Below, piece by piece: positions 40,048 through 53,173 of a DNA stretch of 64,000 bases. Below the pieces are notes generated by a model that made no database searches, was not told the origin of the DNA, and saw only the letters and a list, made by a program, of their open reading frames with translations. Location: contig OX597823.1 in the NCBI GenBank assembly GCA_951406725.2, positions 65,100,001-65,164,000 on the forward strand. The letters are read 5' to 3'. A program made the position numbers and the translations under genes. The stretch comes from Octopus vulgaris. Taxonomy: Eukaryota. Within the stretch, counting starts at the first letter, position 1. The number at the start of each line of letters is the position of its first letter.

Positions 40048-40205
40048 TATATTGTATAAAGGATCGTGGGTAAGGCCAGAACAATGCGAAGTAAATGCAA
40101 GGCAAATCACAAAAAAAACATTAATTCATATATTTGTTTCTTGTGATTTGCCTTGCATTTACTTCGCATTGTTCTGGCCTTACCCACAATCTTTTATACA
40201 ATATA
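40048..40205. repeat. Near-perfect palindrome, arms about 65-70 bp
   Basis: gtgggtaaggccagaacaatgcgaagtaaatgcaaggcaaatcacaa / ttgtgatttgccttgcatttacttcgcattgttctggccttacccac. Confidence 0.95.
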
Positions 40206-40666
40206 TTCTACACAATGCTTCATAGTAATTATTTCATATATATATATATATATATATACGACGAGATCAAGTAACGACATTACTATACATCAATCCTGCT
40301 ATTTAGTTTCAAGGTTAGCCCCGACGAACCAAATCGACATTCCAGACATGACAGCCCATCTTATTTTGAAACACTGCATTATTTAATGCATCCTTCTCTT
40401 TTAAGGTGTTAAAGTGTTTCCAGTGCAACTTGGCTGCTGTTTTAGCATTTCAAGTGACCACGTAGATAGACTGAGCATTTGTTCTTTTTATTGTTGTTAT
40501 TAGTGTTGTTTATCACTTGACCGGCCAATCAAAAACATTTGAGCTATGACCATTTTTTTTTTTGTATATCATGAACTATATTGTCTAAAATATTTAAGAT
40601 TATACTATATAATCTGAAGGAGGATTGACTGCTATTTCCAACATGTGGAACTACTATAGAGAAAAT

Positions 40667-40925
40667 GTGGAGGGGTGTGGCTTAGTGGTTAGGGTGTTGG
40701 ACTCATGAACGTAAGATTGTGGTTTCGATTCCTGAACCGGGCGACGCGTTGTGTTCTTGACCAAAACACTTCATTTCACATTACTCCAGTCCACCCAGCT
40801 GGCAAAAATGAGGAATTCTGCGATGGACCTGCGTCTCGTCTAAGTGGGGAAATTATACGCCATGGAAATTGGGAAACTAGCTCTTATGAGTCGGCAAGAC
40901 CCGAAAAGGTTACCTTCACCTTCAC
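40667..40925 (+). mobile_element. Full-length SINE family C (tRNA-derived, CORE-like)
   Basis: A-box tggcttagtgg, B-box ggtttcgattcc, gtgttcttga.caaaacacttcatttcac central block, (accttc)n tail. Confidence 0.8.
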
Positions 40926-43539
40926 TAAACAGAAAGGTTATTTCGTGATAGACGTGCTTGAACATTGTTCAAACAGTTCTGTGATCAAATACATTCTAAT
41001 TATAACAATCTTGTTCAGTCAAGGGTTTATGTAGGACTGAATAATTTAGCATCCTTCCCTTTCTGTAAGATACCACTGAGATGTGGTTTCAGTGAACTTT
41101 GGCTGAGTTGAATTATTTCTCAGTTACCCCATGCATGCACTAACTTTGATGCTTATATTCATGAGTTGTAGCTTCGTACTGTACTTATTTACTTCTGAAA
41201 GTGGAGGATTTGCCTTTGAGATTCCAGTGATTTTGTTACCAACAGTAACGTAAACTAGCCTCCTTTCGGGCTAATGCATTTCTTCGTTTCATATTAAGAG
41301 TGATAATTAAGGATGTATCAGTTGTTTAAGAGACATTGTACGGTACCTTGAGGGATATAAAGACTTCCAAGTTTTGACATGTTACACAGATTTACGGATG
41401 AGTTAGTTTTACAAATTAACGTTATGGAGTTTATCCAACTAATGCTATTTGTGTGCTGATATTTCAGAGTTATTCAGCTGGATCTGCCATCTTGCTCTTG
41501 TTGATAAGATGTTTATTAATCCGCATATTCCCAGAGCTGTCCTTAGGAAATCTTTTATTAGTTTTACCGAATGCATGATCGAACACACTAGATCTCATAA
41601 TATCTGACTAACTCTCATGAAGTCCTCACTCTACATGTGATATTGCCAAAACTATAAGGGTCAGAGAATACTCCAAACTTAGTTGTGGGCCAACAGCAAA
41701 GCATTGGAATATTGCTCACATATCTAGTATGTATCTAGCATCTAGTATGATACGCGTAATGCTAACACAAATGTTTTAGACTATATTCCCTCTCAAAAGA
41801 AAACCATTGCACTTATTGTACAAAATTAATTCAACACACTAACTTTGTTTTACATCTCTTCTCTCAACTATTCTACCAATATTACTTAACCTCTGCTTTA
41901 TTGAACAAAGAAAGTGTATATCACCTCGACTAAAACTTGCTGCACCTCTTTCTCGGTTTGTTGTCGTCTCTACTGCCTACCAACAAGAGATACTGCTCTA
42001 AGTAATCTAACAAATTTATCCTATTTTTTTGGATATTTATCCTATTTCTTCACTACCAATGTTTTCCTCTAGATGTCAACGTACAAAATTTTAAACCGAA
42101 CACTAAATACATGGCTCATACCCGTTTAAGGGGAGGTAAATTACAGTGTCATTAGGGAGTGTGAAAAATATTTAGAATTATTTGTCCCATCTGTTTGCTT
42201 AAATTTTAAATCTTACCAAAGTAAACTACACATTTGAACCTTTCGGTGGATCAATAGATTAAGTTTCTGATTACGGATGGTAAAGTGGTAGAATTATTAC
42301 AGTGTTGAATAAAATGCCTTCCATATTTATTCCAGCACTTTAGTTGAACCTACCGACGCCAGAATTTATTTTTTTATTTTTACTTGTTGTAGTTATTAAA
42401 CTGCACCAACTTGAAAACTTTTTTGTCGATAGTTCTTGGGTAAATAGTTTGAATCCTTTTAACACTCATCAGTCATTGGATGTGTAAGCAGTGCGGAATC
42501 TATTACAGGCATTCGAGTCAGGCCTTCAGTTTGTTAAAAAAAAAAACCCTTCCTTTTATCCATCATTTTCAGAGATCCTGAAATAAAGGGCCTCGGTGGA
42601 TGCTGTTCCATTCCTGACTAAACGGTAAAAAAGTTAAATAAATAAAGTCAGCGATGCTTTTACTGCTCTAAACTAATTAATAAAATGATATTTCGGAATC
42701 AATTTCTTTGTGACGTTATGTCCTTATATGAGAAACAATTGTATGTCCGTGTATTAGTTTTACAAGATAGAAAATACTACTCAAAAACTTAGCAGGTGAA
42801 AACCAAAATTCGCTTCTTAACTTACAAAGTCTGAATGTAGTTTTAAAATGTGTGAGAAATAACAGATTTTCATGTATCAATAACCTGGATTAAATTGAAA
42901 GCGCTTGTGAGGAGTGAAGAATACACTACAATAAAGCCGCATATAATAATTGACTTGAACACAAGATTCAGACATTTCAGGAATATATCGGCTCAAATAT
43001 TCTACTAGTCTATAATATATCGAGTAAAGTTTGACGGAAGAGAAAGACGATAAAAGGCCAGATTTGAAATGAGATCATGGCATGGTATGTTGACCGTCAC
43101 CATACATTTTTATTTAATCTTTACCAAGAAGAGAAGAAGATAAATGCAACTTTGTAACATATGAAAAAAACAAAGAGACGGAAAGTAAAATCGTAAAATT
43201 CAAGCATATCATAAGGGTAAGGTTGCCCACGGATATGTATTCTGAAAATATAAAGGCCATTGTAGTTGAGAAAGAGATTGAGAGACTTGTGCGGAGACAA
43301 AATTGACCCAGCCGGAGTGTCGGTGGAGTTCGACGAACTGCCACCCGTAGTTGAACTCAAAGACGTGGAACCTTACATGAGGTATTAAAATGCGAAAAAA
43401 GAGTAAGTAAACTTGTTTTGTTGAAAGGAAAAAAAAAAGAAAGGAAAAAGTAAAGGTGTTTCGAAGAGAATAAAAAAAGGATGATTAAGAAAAAAGCAAT
43501 TGAAAAATAGAACGATTGTAAATAGTAAATAGTATGGGA

Positions 43540-43682
43540 GTGGGGCCCATGCAGCCATTTCATTTTTTCCATTTTTATATAACAATTATTCTCATTCGTT
43601 TTGTTTTATATCCCCACTGTGGTATTTTCTGTCCTTGTGGTGTCCCCTCTGTGTTTGGGGCTTTATGCCCTTATAAAGAAAT
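43540..43682 (+). mobile_element. Retroelement 3' end sharing its tail with SINE B
   Basis: tctgtccttgtggtgtcccctctgtgtttggggctttatgcccttataaagaaat versus the SINE B tail tctgtccttgtttgtcc.ctctgtgtttagccccttgtggg.a.taaagaaata; upstream sequence is not SINE B. Confidence 0.55.
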
Positions 43683-44122
43683 CTATACATTTTTATTTAA
43701 TCTTTCACATTTAGATCAGCAAATAATAATAAAAAACAAAACGAAGAAGTATATGAAGAGAAAGACAAAGAACCTTTTTTTGTTTCTATTGCACTCAATG
43801 TGGATTTTTATGCCTGAACGATAAGCTGGTCAGACATTGGTTTGAGAATAATTCAACGTTTTATAATTATGAACTCTAATATCTTGGGATTTATACATCC
43901 TCCACACACACAAATTACATACACACATATGAACAACCTCACAATTTCTTTCTTACTCATTCCGCTTAATAACAAGAGCCCGAGAATTTAGGTTATCCTC
44001 TTCTCCATCATTCGAGGATCTCGAATGAAATTATGAACTCTTGCATTAAACTATAAATACTGAGTCTACTCTTAATAACCGTTTCGTCATATTCAATATT
44101 TTCCATTTTTCTTTCCTTATAG

Positions 44123-44236
44123 CTAAACTTTAATTATCCAATACTTGTCTGCAATAATCCCACGGGTGAGATCGAACCAGGTGGAACAGCAATTTTGGAA
44201 TGGATTTTCTCTCCTCTGGAAAGTAAAACATATGCA
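44123..44236 (+). CDS. CFAP65: Next coding exon of CFAP65 homologue; LNFNYPILVCNNPTGEIEPGGTAILEWIFSPLESKTYA
   Basis: Acceptor ttccatttttctttccttatag|CTA, donor GCA|gtaagt, 114 nt, phase 0/0, open frame. It resembles CFAP65 [36 protein letters not shown] (recalled), the segment directly after the previous exon. Too short to appear in the ORF track. Confidence 0.9.
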
Positions 44237-44597
44237 GTAAGTGAACTTAAATATTTAATATCTAAATGCCATTGTTTGTCAACCGATAAAATGATTAAAT
44301 TGTTGTCCATGCTTCTGATAAAATATTTAAAAAATCCTAGCCTTTTGAGGCATAAATATGTATTTCATTAAAGTATGCATACACTAAAATCGAAATGGAG
44401 ACGTTCGTAAACTGTCAAACCAGCAATGGGAGACTTGACGTTGATGTAGTACGTAGGAAAAAAGTCACGCATGGAGATACAGTTGAATTACAGCTATCGA
44501 ATATTATCTGATATCACAATTTCGAGAAGTAGAATTAAATGCTCGATCATAAGTCGCATATTTATTATACACTTCATTATTCAGATTTATTACGATC

Positions 44598-45671
44598 GGG
44601 ATTCGGACAAAAGCCCCCCTAGGACAAAACCCCCTAGGACAAAAGTCCCATAGTTGAAGTGTGAAAGTGGATAAAAGACCCTCGGACAAAAGCCCCACTG
44701 TCATATTTTTTGTTATTTGTTTTTCCTTTTACTTGTTGCAGTCATTAGTCTGTGGCCATGCTGGGGCACCACCTTGAGGAATTTTTAGTCGAATGTATCG
44801 ATCGCAGGATATTTTTTAATGATAGTCAAATCTCTTGAAAATCCTTTTTACTTGATTTTCAACCAGCACAAGAAGTTCAGCCTAGAAGTCTCTCCATATA
44901 CTAGAAATAACAGCCAAATCTTTTTAAAAAATATATTTATAATTTCACATAAGCAAAAACTGAAATTGCGGTTATAAAAAAAAATTATTTTCCAAAATTC
45001 CAATTTTTAAGTAAACAAAATATATTCAATCGGAAATAATTAAGTAGCATAGAATAACAGAACAAAAGACTCTTTACGACTAATGTACATATTGTCTGAA
45101 TTCTAACAAAAGGGAAAGCATTTACTTCAAGAAATGTGTAGGAACATAAAAACGATACGAAGTACGCTTGAATGACTAGCTCTCGGCGCCATAATTCTGT
45201 TAGACCTTCAACGGCCGGAGAAAGTTCAAAAGGTCAGCTCATTCTCGTAAGTACTGAGGGAAGAAAACAAAAGATTTTAAATTAAAATTTTTCTATGCTG
45301 ATTTTTCTGCAACTAAAAATTCTTTAGGGCGGTGCCCCAGCATGGCAGCCTTTTAATAATTGCAACAAGTAAAAATAAAAATAAAAATTGGCGTCGATAC
45401 ATTCGACTAAAACTTCTTCGAGGTGGTGCTCCGGCATGGCCTCCGTCTAATAGCTGCAACAAGTAAAAATAATAAAAACAACTTCTGGTGTCGATACGTT
45501 CAACTGAAACCAGTGCCCCAGCATGACCACAGTCTAATGACTGAGATACTTAAAAATGAAAAAAAAACCCCGAAAAATATAACCGTGGGGCTTTTATCCA
45601 CTTTCACATTTTAACTATGAGGCACATTCGCCCGTGGGTCTTTTGTCTTAGAGGACTTTTGTCCTAATCTC
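44598..45671. mobile_element. Non-autonomous TIR element, MULE-like, with GGACAAAAGCCCC subterminal repeats
   Basis: gggattcggacaaaag / cttttgtcctaatctc termini; inner match catagttgaagtgtgaaagtggataaaag / cttttatccactttcacattttaactatg; decayed 9-bp TSD attacgatc / attgctatc (7 of 9). Confidence 0.7.
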
Positions 45672-45775
45672 ATTGCTATCACTTCAAAAGGTGTGTACGT
45701 AGATCTTTTGCTTTACTAGTGTATTTCAAAGGAAAGGTTAACAGACTGCACAATCTATGCCAATAAATATAAATA

Positions 45776-46172
45776 TCTTCTTTATATATAAAAGTGAGGT
45801 TGTGTGCTGTCTGTCTCCTACGATTTAGATTCCTAACTACTCCCACATTTTGCGGTGCAGTTTAACCAAAACCGGGTATCTTCTAGTCGTGATTCATATC
45901 GAGCCCTTCTGGGTATTAGCGCGCGTCTACGATGAGTCTACGATTTTAAAATAATTTACCATCAATTTTTCCCATTTTTAATGCATTTTTGCCATATATA
46001 AGGGGAGTAACTCTCTAAAAATTTATTATCAAATTTCAGAACGTAAAAAGCTACAGTAACACCCCCCCTTGTGGTTAGCCATATTGAGATGGCTATTATA
46101 CTTTACATCTCTAAAAATGCTTATATAGTTATTTCCCTTACAAACCCGAGCAACGCCGGGCGATACTGCTAG
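45776..46172 (+). mobile_element. Non-autonomous Helitron
   Basis: A|TC 5' end (tcttctttatatataaaag), 3' hairpin cccgagcaacgccggg 8 nt before CTAG|T, no TSD. Confidence 0.88.
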
Positions 46173-47323
46173 TAATATATATAATAATATTACTCTCAGA
46201 TTTGTTTATGCTCTCTACGCAATATATTCAAATCCTGCCAAGACCATCTTTATTCTCCATCCTTTCGAGATCGCTAAAGAATATGTAGCAACTTAAAACG
46301 CCAGATTTAATTCGTCACCTACTTTAAAACCACTTTCTGGCTCAAGCTCTTCATTTTGAGTATGCCCTTTTCCTCTCCCTAGTCTCATGGACACTTCAAA
46401 CTTATATAAAATGTACCTTCCCACTTGACTAAAACATTAACAAAAATGGTTGAAATGATTGTTTCAATGAACGGCAATCACAAAGCTTACTAAGCTTTCA
46501 CTATCATGTTATACTTGCGTTTATAATATACCTGCTCGCAATGCTTTATCGTTTCGTTTTCTCTGTTACTTCTCTTCTAAAACGACTGCATAGATATAGT
46601 AATGAACAGCGACAGAAATTGCTTGCAATTTCTGCCTACTCGCTCGTTTCTCACCAGCTTTGTGTGGTTGCTACCAATACATATTCTCTGAGTCAGACTG
46701 CGTAAATATCAGTCAATATATATTCTAGCTTAAAGTAACTTGTACCCCAAAGCTTAATTTAAAACTGACTGATATATATATATATATATATATACTTTCT
46801 AACGTAGAATTAATTTATAATCCCTATGATCAGTAACAATTTTTCTCGAACATACATTGCCAAATCGACAGCAGATGCTATATTCTGTATATTAAATGAT
46901 TTACAAACTGTGTGGACAAAAGAAAATAGTATTTCTGAACGCACCGATGAGATAAGACATAACGTATCTTCAAATAATAGACCTTCTCGCTAAATATTAT
47001 GATATTCACGCAGTTTCATTGCAAGGCTACAAATACTTTTGTATACAGAAACTTGGTCGAAGCTTTATAAATGATATACATCATCAAGTGGATATGGTGT
47101 CTGATTATCAGTACATAGTTTGTTTGTTTCATCGACGTATAATAATAATTTAGATTGTCTCTCTGAAGTACAATGCGCTTTCATCAGTATCGGCAATAGT
47201 TACTTGTTCAACAAATGTAACTGATACTGATTAATATTTCCCAAAGCAACAGATATATATATATATATACAGCGCACACACACACGTTCAGACGCAGAAT
47301 AGACGAACACACATACACACGTT

Positions 47324-47375
<52 letters not shown>

Positions 47376-47514
47376 CATATAATGTCTGTCCTTCATATCT
47401 TTCCTACAGTCTCTTTCTTCTATCACTTTCTCTCCTATAAAAGAGAAATGCGCCATTTGTACGGTCTGTGTGCTCGTTTATATGTGTAAGTTTATGTTTG
47501 AACATATAAGAATT

Positions 47515-47569
<55 letters not shown>

Positions 47570-47634
47570 CATATTTATATACATATATATATATATATAC
47601 ACATATATATATGTATACTATATATATGGATATA

Positions 47635-47680
<46 letters not shown>

Positions 47681-47772
47681 CATATATATATATACACACA
47701 TCTATATATATATGTATACTATATATATGGATATATTCATATATATATATATATATATATATATGAATATAT

Positions 47773-47897
<125 letters not shown>

Positions 47898-47899
47898 GA

Positions 47900-47936
<37 letters not shown>

Positions 47937-47980
47937 CATGCATCCATATATATAATTATACTATATATATGGATATATTC

Positions 47981-48011
<31 letters not shown>

Positions 48012-49354
48012 TATACATTCCTATATATATGCATGCTGTGCTTAGATATATGCATATATATATGTATGTATATGTATATATATATATATATGTATGTGTA
48101 AACATTTATCTCTATGATTAACTGTGCGCCCACAAATATATATGCACATCTCACACAGCACATATGTTTATAATGTATATATGTTTGTGTGTGTGTGTGT
48201 GACAGAGTGTGTCTATGTGCTCAGTCTCTCTGCACATCTTTCTTCCTCGATTTATGTGCACACCCCGCTGTTTGTGAATAAAAATCGGTTTATCTCTTAA
48301 AAATATAAAGCGTTGTTTTGAAATTATTTTTCGCGAATCGCAAGTGCTCTTCCTACAACCGTAATCGAGAATACACACACACCACACATCCACACACACA
48401 CATACACATTACGCAAACACACACACACACACACACACACACGCAAACACACACACACAAATATATATATATATATATATATGAAATTTGTTTTTGAAGT
48501 TAACGATTACTTAAAAAAGTTTTTAAAATCATCTAAACGTTATTTACTATATAAAAAAATATTTAGACAACAGAACGTCACGAACCTTTGGATAAGTTTC
48601 GTATATGATGTACTTTGTGAAACACTCAAAACATGTAATATTTGAAATTCCCCAAAGGTTTTGCGAATTCTGTTTGTTTTCTAAATAGTATTTTAAGTAG
48701 CTAATAACGTGATAAAAATGTTTCTTTAATTATTGTAATTCCATCAAGTATAATTGATGCAATTACAGTAAGTTTATACATACATACATACATACATACA
48801 TACATACATACATACATACATACATACGTTTGTACGTACTTACGTGCACACACATTCACTCACACACACACACAAACTCACACACACGTGCATAAGTACA
48901 TACACGTAAATACATCTCGTTTGGTATCAATTTGTTATTAGTTTTTACTGATTGTTTGTAAAATAAAAATTGACACAATAAATAGGGGACAATTAGAAAA
49001 TTGTGGAAGGCAGTTTAATGACAAATCATGAAAACCGAAAACAACACCAATGCTTCTAAAAACAAATCGGTAAGGAAGGAAGTTCATTTGAAGACTGTGG
49101 ATTTACATGTTGGTGTGTATTGTTTAAATATTTGCATTTTGCTTTGTGAAAATGATACTTTTATACGTTCAGTACTGAATGTGTGGTGGTGATGTTGGCA
49201 CTGTTGTACGAGCAGCTACATTACCTACTTCTGACGGTGCGTGTAAGTGGTTCAGTATTGTTGAAACCCGTGTAAGTTTAACGCAATCCTCAGGCAGAAT
49301 CAGAATGGTACAATGTTTCACAAGGTTTCACAAAATATGGGTCAACTCGATACC

Positions 49355-49587
49355 TATTTCTTTACTACCCACAAGGGGCTAAACACAGAGAGGACAAACA
49401 AGGACAGACATAGGTATTAAGTCGATTACATCGACCCCAGTGCGTAACTGGTACTTAATTTATCGACCCCGAAAGGATGAAAGGCAAAGTCGACCTCGGT
49501 GGAATTTGAACCTAGAACGTAACTGCAGACGAAATACCGCTCGGCAGTTCGCCTGGCACGCTAACGATTGTGCCAGTTCGCCGCCCT
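49355..49587 (-). mobile_element. Full-length young SINE B with 15-bp TSD
   Basis: TSD GGTCAACTCGATACC at 49340-49354 and 49588-49602. Confidence 0.95.
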
Positions 49588-49838
49588 GGTCAACTCGATA
49601 CCATAATATGTGACACCTGCTCAAGATGACATTCATTATGTCAGAGCTTCTTACCAATTTGGACATACTGTCATATTGGGTCCACACGCACGCACACACA
49701 CATACATATAGATTGCTACATATATACATGCATACATGCATATATGTACACATAGATACACACACGCACACATATATATATATATATACATGTATATGAA
49801 TTGGATTGAAGTGACAAAAGCCTGCGCAACACACGCAC

Positions 49839-49872
<34 letters not shown>

Positions 49873-50086
49873 GGATGGATGCATGGATAGACAATTAGAT
49901 AGATATGTATAAGTGCACTTTAACATGCCGTGTACCTGGCCATTTACACTTCTGTGTGCAATATAACCTGAACTTTGCTAAATATCTAATTCCAACTCTC
50001 CCCATATTCCTATCCCAGATCATGTCATTTCACAGCGTACGCTATGGAAACTACGATAGAGTGCACGCTAAAGTATCAAATTTACA

Positions 50087-50135
<49 letters not shown>

Positions 50136-50612
50136 TGTGTGTGCAGCGCATTTGTGTGTAGGTGTGTGAGATACATAAATTAACATAAGGCGGTACATTT
50201 GAACTGATTGATAAATTGATAGTCAAATCGACTGCAGGTATGTTGTTAAGGTGGAGAGTTATTTAGAAATGTCTTCAGGTTGACACTTAACATTTTGGTA
50301 TAAATATTCAGAAGTATTATTTCTCAAATCAGAAGTTCTTGAGAATAATAAATTTCTCTCAGTTCATGAATAGTAGTCAGTCTTGTATACTGGCAATTCC
50401 AACTACTAGAACTACTTTCTTCTTTATTATTTCATTTAAGTGAGTATCATTGCTACTGGTAAAGCAATTGAAATTCTATGTTTCTATATACATAAAGCAA
50501 ATAGGTAAACAACAATTAGATACAAGAGCGCGAGTTGTACAAATACTTATGCAATACGCATAGACGGGTTTATGAAGATTTCACTTAAATAAAGAGCTAA
50601 ATATCGGCAAAG

Positions 50613-50666
<54 letters not shown>

Positions 50667-50721
50667 GCGTGTATGTGTCCGTGTGCGTGTGAACGTGTCT
50701 GATATATACATATATACATAT

Positions 50722-50769
<48 letters not shown>

Positions 50770-50855
50770 CATGTATATTTATATATGTATGAATATATAC
50801 ACACATATATACATATATATTTATACATGTACAAATATACACACATACGTATGCA

Positions 50856-50891
<36 letters not shown>

Positions 50892-51625
50892 TATATATTT
50901 ATATTTACAAACACAAAAAATATATATGTTTATGCATTTGTATGTATATATATATATATACATACATACATATAAATCTATACACACATATATATACATA
51001 TATATACACATATACATATGCACACATATATATTTATATATATATATACTTATATATAAATATATACATATATGTAAACATATGCTTATATATAAACATG
51101 CACATACCTATATGCGTGTGTGTGAGTGTGTGTGTGCGTGTGTGTTTGTGTGTGTTTGTGTGTGTGTGTGCGTGTGTGTTTGTTTGTGTGTGTGTGTTTT
51201 TAAGTGTGTATTAGATGTTACAAGTAGTTTTGAATTGAGGTTAACATTTAATAGAGATTTATCATAAATTCTATGAAGTATATTTGCTTCAAGTGATACA
51301 TTTTTGCTTGTACTCTGTTGTCTCTCCTTAAAGACGGCAGCTGAAAATAGAATAATTAATGGGAGCATATATTGTCTAGTATGCAAACACACACTGAACG
51401 AACATATACACGTAGGTACAAGAAGCGCATGCATATTTGTTTGAACAATTTTTAAAAAATTTATTCTGTGTTGTCACTGTTCAGGCTTTATCCGAATGCT
51501 CTACTGTTTTGTACATCACTCTCGATTTTCTCTCTTTGTCTGTCTATAAACACACACACACACATTTATGCATATATATATATATATATATATATGTTTT
51601 CGCTCAATAAAAACACTATATATAT

Positions 51626-51727
51626 GGAGGCGCAATGGCCCAGTGGTTAGGGAAGCGGACTCGCGGTTGTAGGATCGCGGTTTCGATTCCCAGACCGGGC
51701 GTTGTGAGTGTTTATTGAGCGAAAACA
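51626..51727 (+). mobile_element. 5' part of a tRNA-derived SINE related to family C
   Basis: ggaggcgcaatggcccagtggttaggg..gactcgc..ggtttcgattccc; truncated at (TA)n. Confidence 0.75.
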
Positions 51728-51832
51728 TATATATATATATATATATATATGCATAAATGTGTGTGTGTGTGTTTATAGACAGACAAAGAGAGAAAATCGA
51801 GAGTGATGTACAAAACAGTGAGTGCCCTCTGG

Positions 51833-51878
<46 letters not shown>

Positions 51879-51880
<2 letters not shown>

Positions 51881-52428
51881 CCAGAGGGCACTCACTAAAC
51901 GAATTGAAGGCATGGCTGCTCTCGATTATTGGGATCGCCTTAAAGCCTTGAAACTCTACTCTCTCCAGCGTCGCCGTGAGCGGTACATCATTTGTACGAT
52001 GTGGAGAATATACCGCCAACTTTGCCCAAACGACCTGAACATTAGCTTCAAGGTTCGTCGAAGACTGGGACCACGGGCCATACTTCCCCTGCCCAATTCA
52101 GGATCACAGCATACATGTACACTGCAACATAATTTCTTTTCCTCAACAGGCCCTGCACTATTTAACATTGTCCCGAAAGAGATCTAAGAGGAAAAGGATC
52201 CCATCAACTTTAAACGGAGTCTAGATAGATTCCTTCAAAGAATACCAGATAAGCCACCCATAATTGGATACAACACACCCAACAAAAACTCACTACTTGA
52301 ATGGACCATAAACAAAACTTGACTTAAACAGGATTCAAATAATCCTATCAGGTGGTGCTATTAAGTTAGCCATGGCCTGGACCAATCTTTGGTCGAAACA
52401 TATCTAAGTTTATCTAAGTTTATCTAAG

Positions 52429-52429
<1 letters not shown>
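51879..52429 (+). mobile_element. 5'-truncated CR1/L2-type LINE with 3' UTR and (TTATCTAAGT)n tail
   Basis: PQRALTKRIEGMAALDYWDRLKALKLYSLQRRRERY..GPALFNIVPKEI*..FKRSLDRFL..PD; tandem tail 52401-52429. Confidence 0.9.
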
Positions 52430-52476
<47 letters not shown>

Positions 52477-52792
52477 TTAGATAAACTTAGATATGTCTCG
52501 ACCAAAGATTTATAAACGTTATTCATATACCGATCTTATCAGGTAGCCAGCATGGGAATAAAATCTTCAAAGGTAATAATTATTATTAAAATTATAATTT
52601 AGGGTATCTAAAAGATGCAGCCAAACTTGACACTAAAACCACATTAAATGTTCATACAGCACCAGGAGAGAAGACAAAGAGGCAAAACAAACTAGCAAAA
52701 TAATTATCCAGTAATGAACATTTAATGTGGTTTTAGAGTCAAGCTTTGGCTGCTGCTATTTCCAGCGTGGTTGTATCCCTTAGATACCCTAA

Positions 52793-52858
<66 letters not shown>

Positions 52859-53116
52859 GTTATTAGTGAGGGATTATCAATCCTGGCAAATTAATTTTAA
52901 AAGCTGTCTGTTAGTACACCAGGTTAACAATTTTTTTTTTGCATTAGTAATGAACTTCACGTGTCCAAGGTTATAGTTCATTGTCATACTATATTGTAAA
53001 TACATGTTTCAGCCATACTGATTTTTGCACAGAATCGTATGCAAGGCTATTATAATAGATATGTTATTTTTTATTGTAGTAAATTTGAATTACAGCTGTT
53101 TCCAGTATTCATTGTA

Positions 53117-53173
<57 letters not shown>

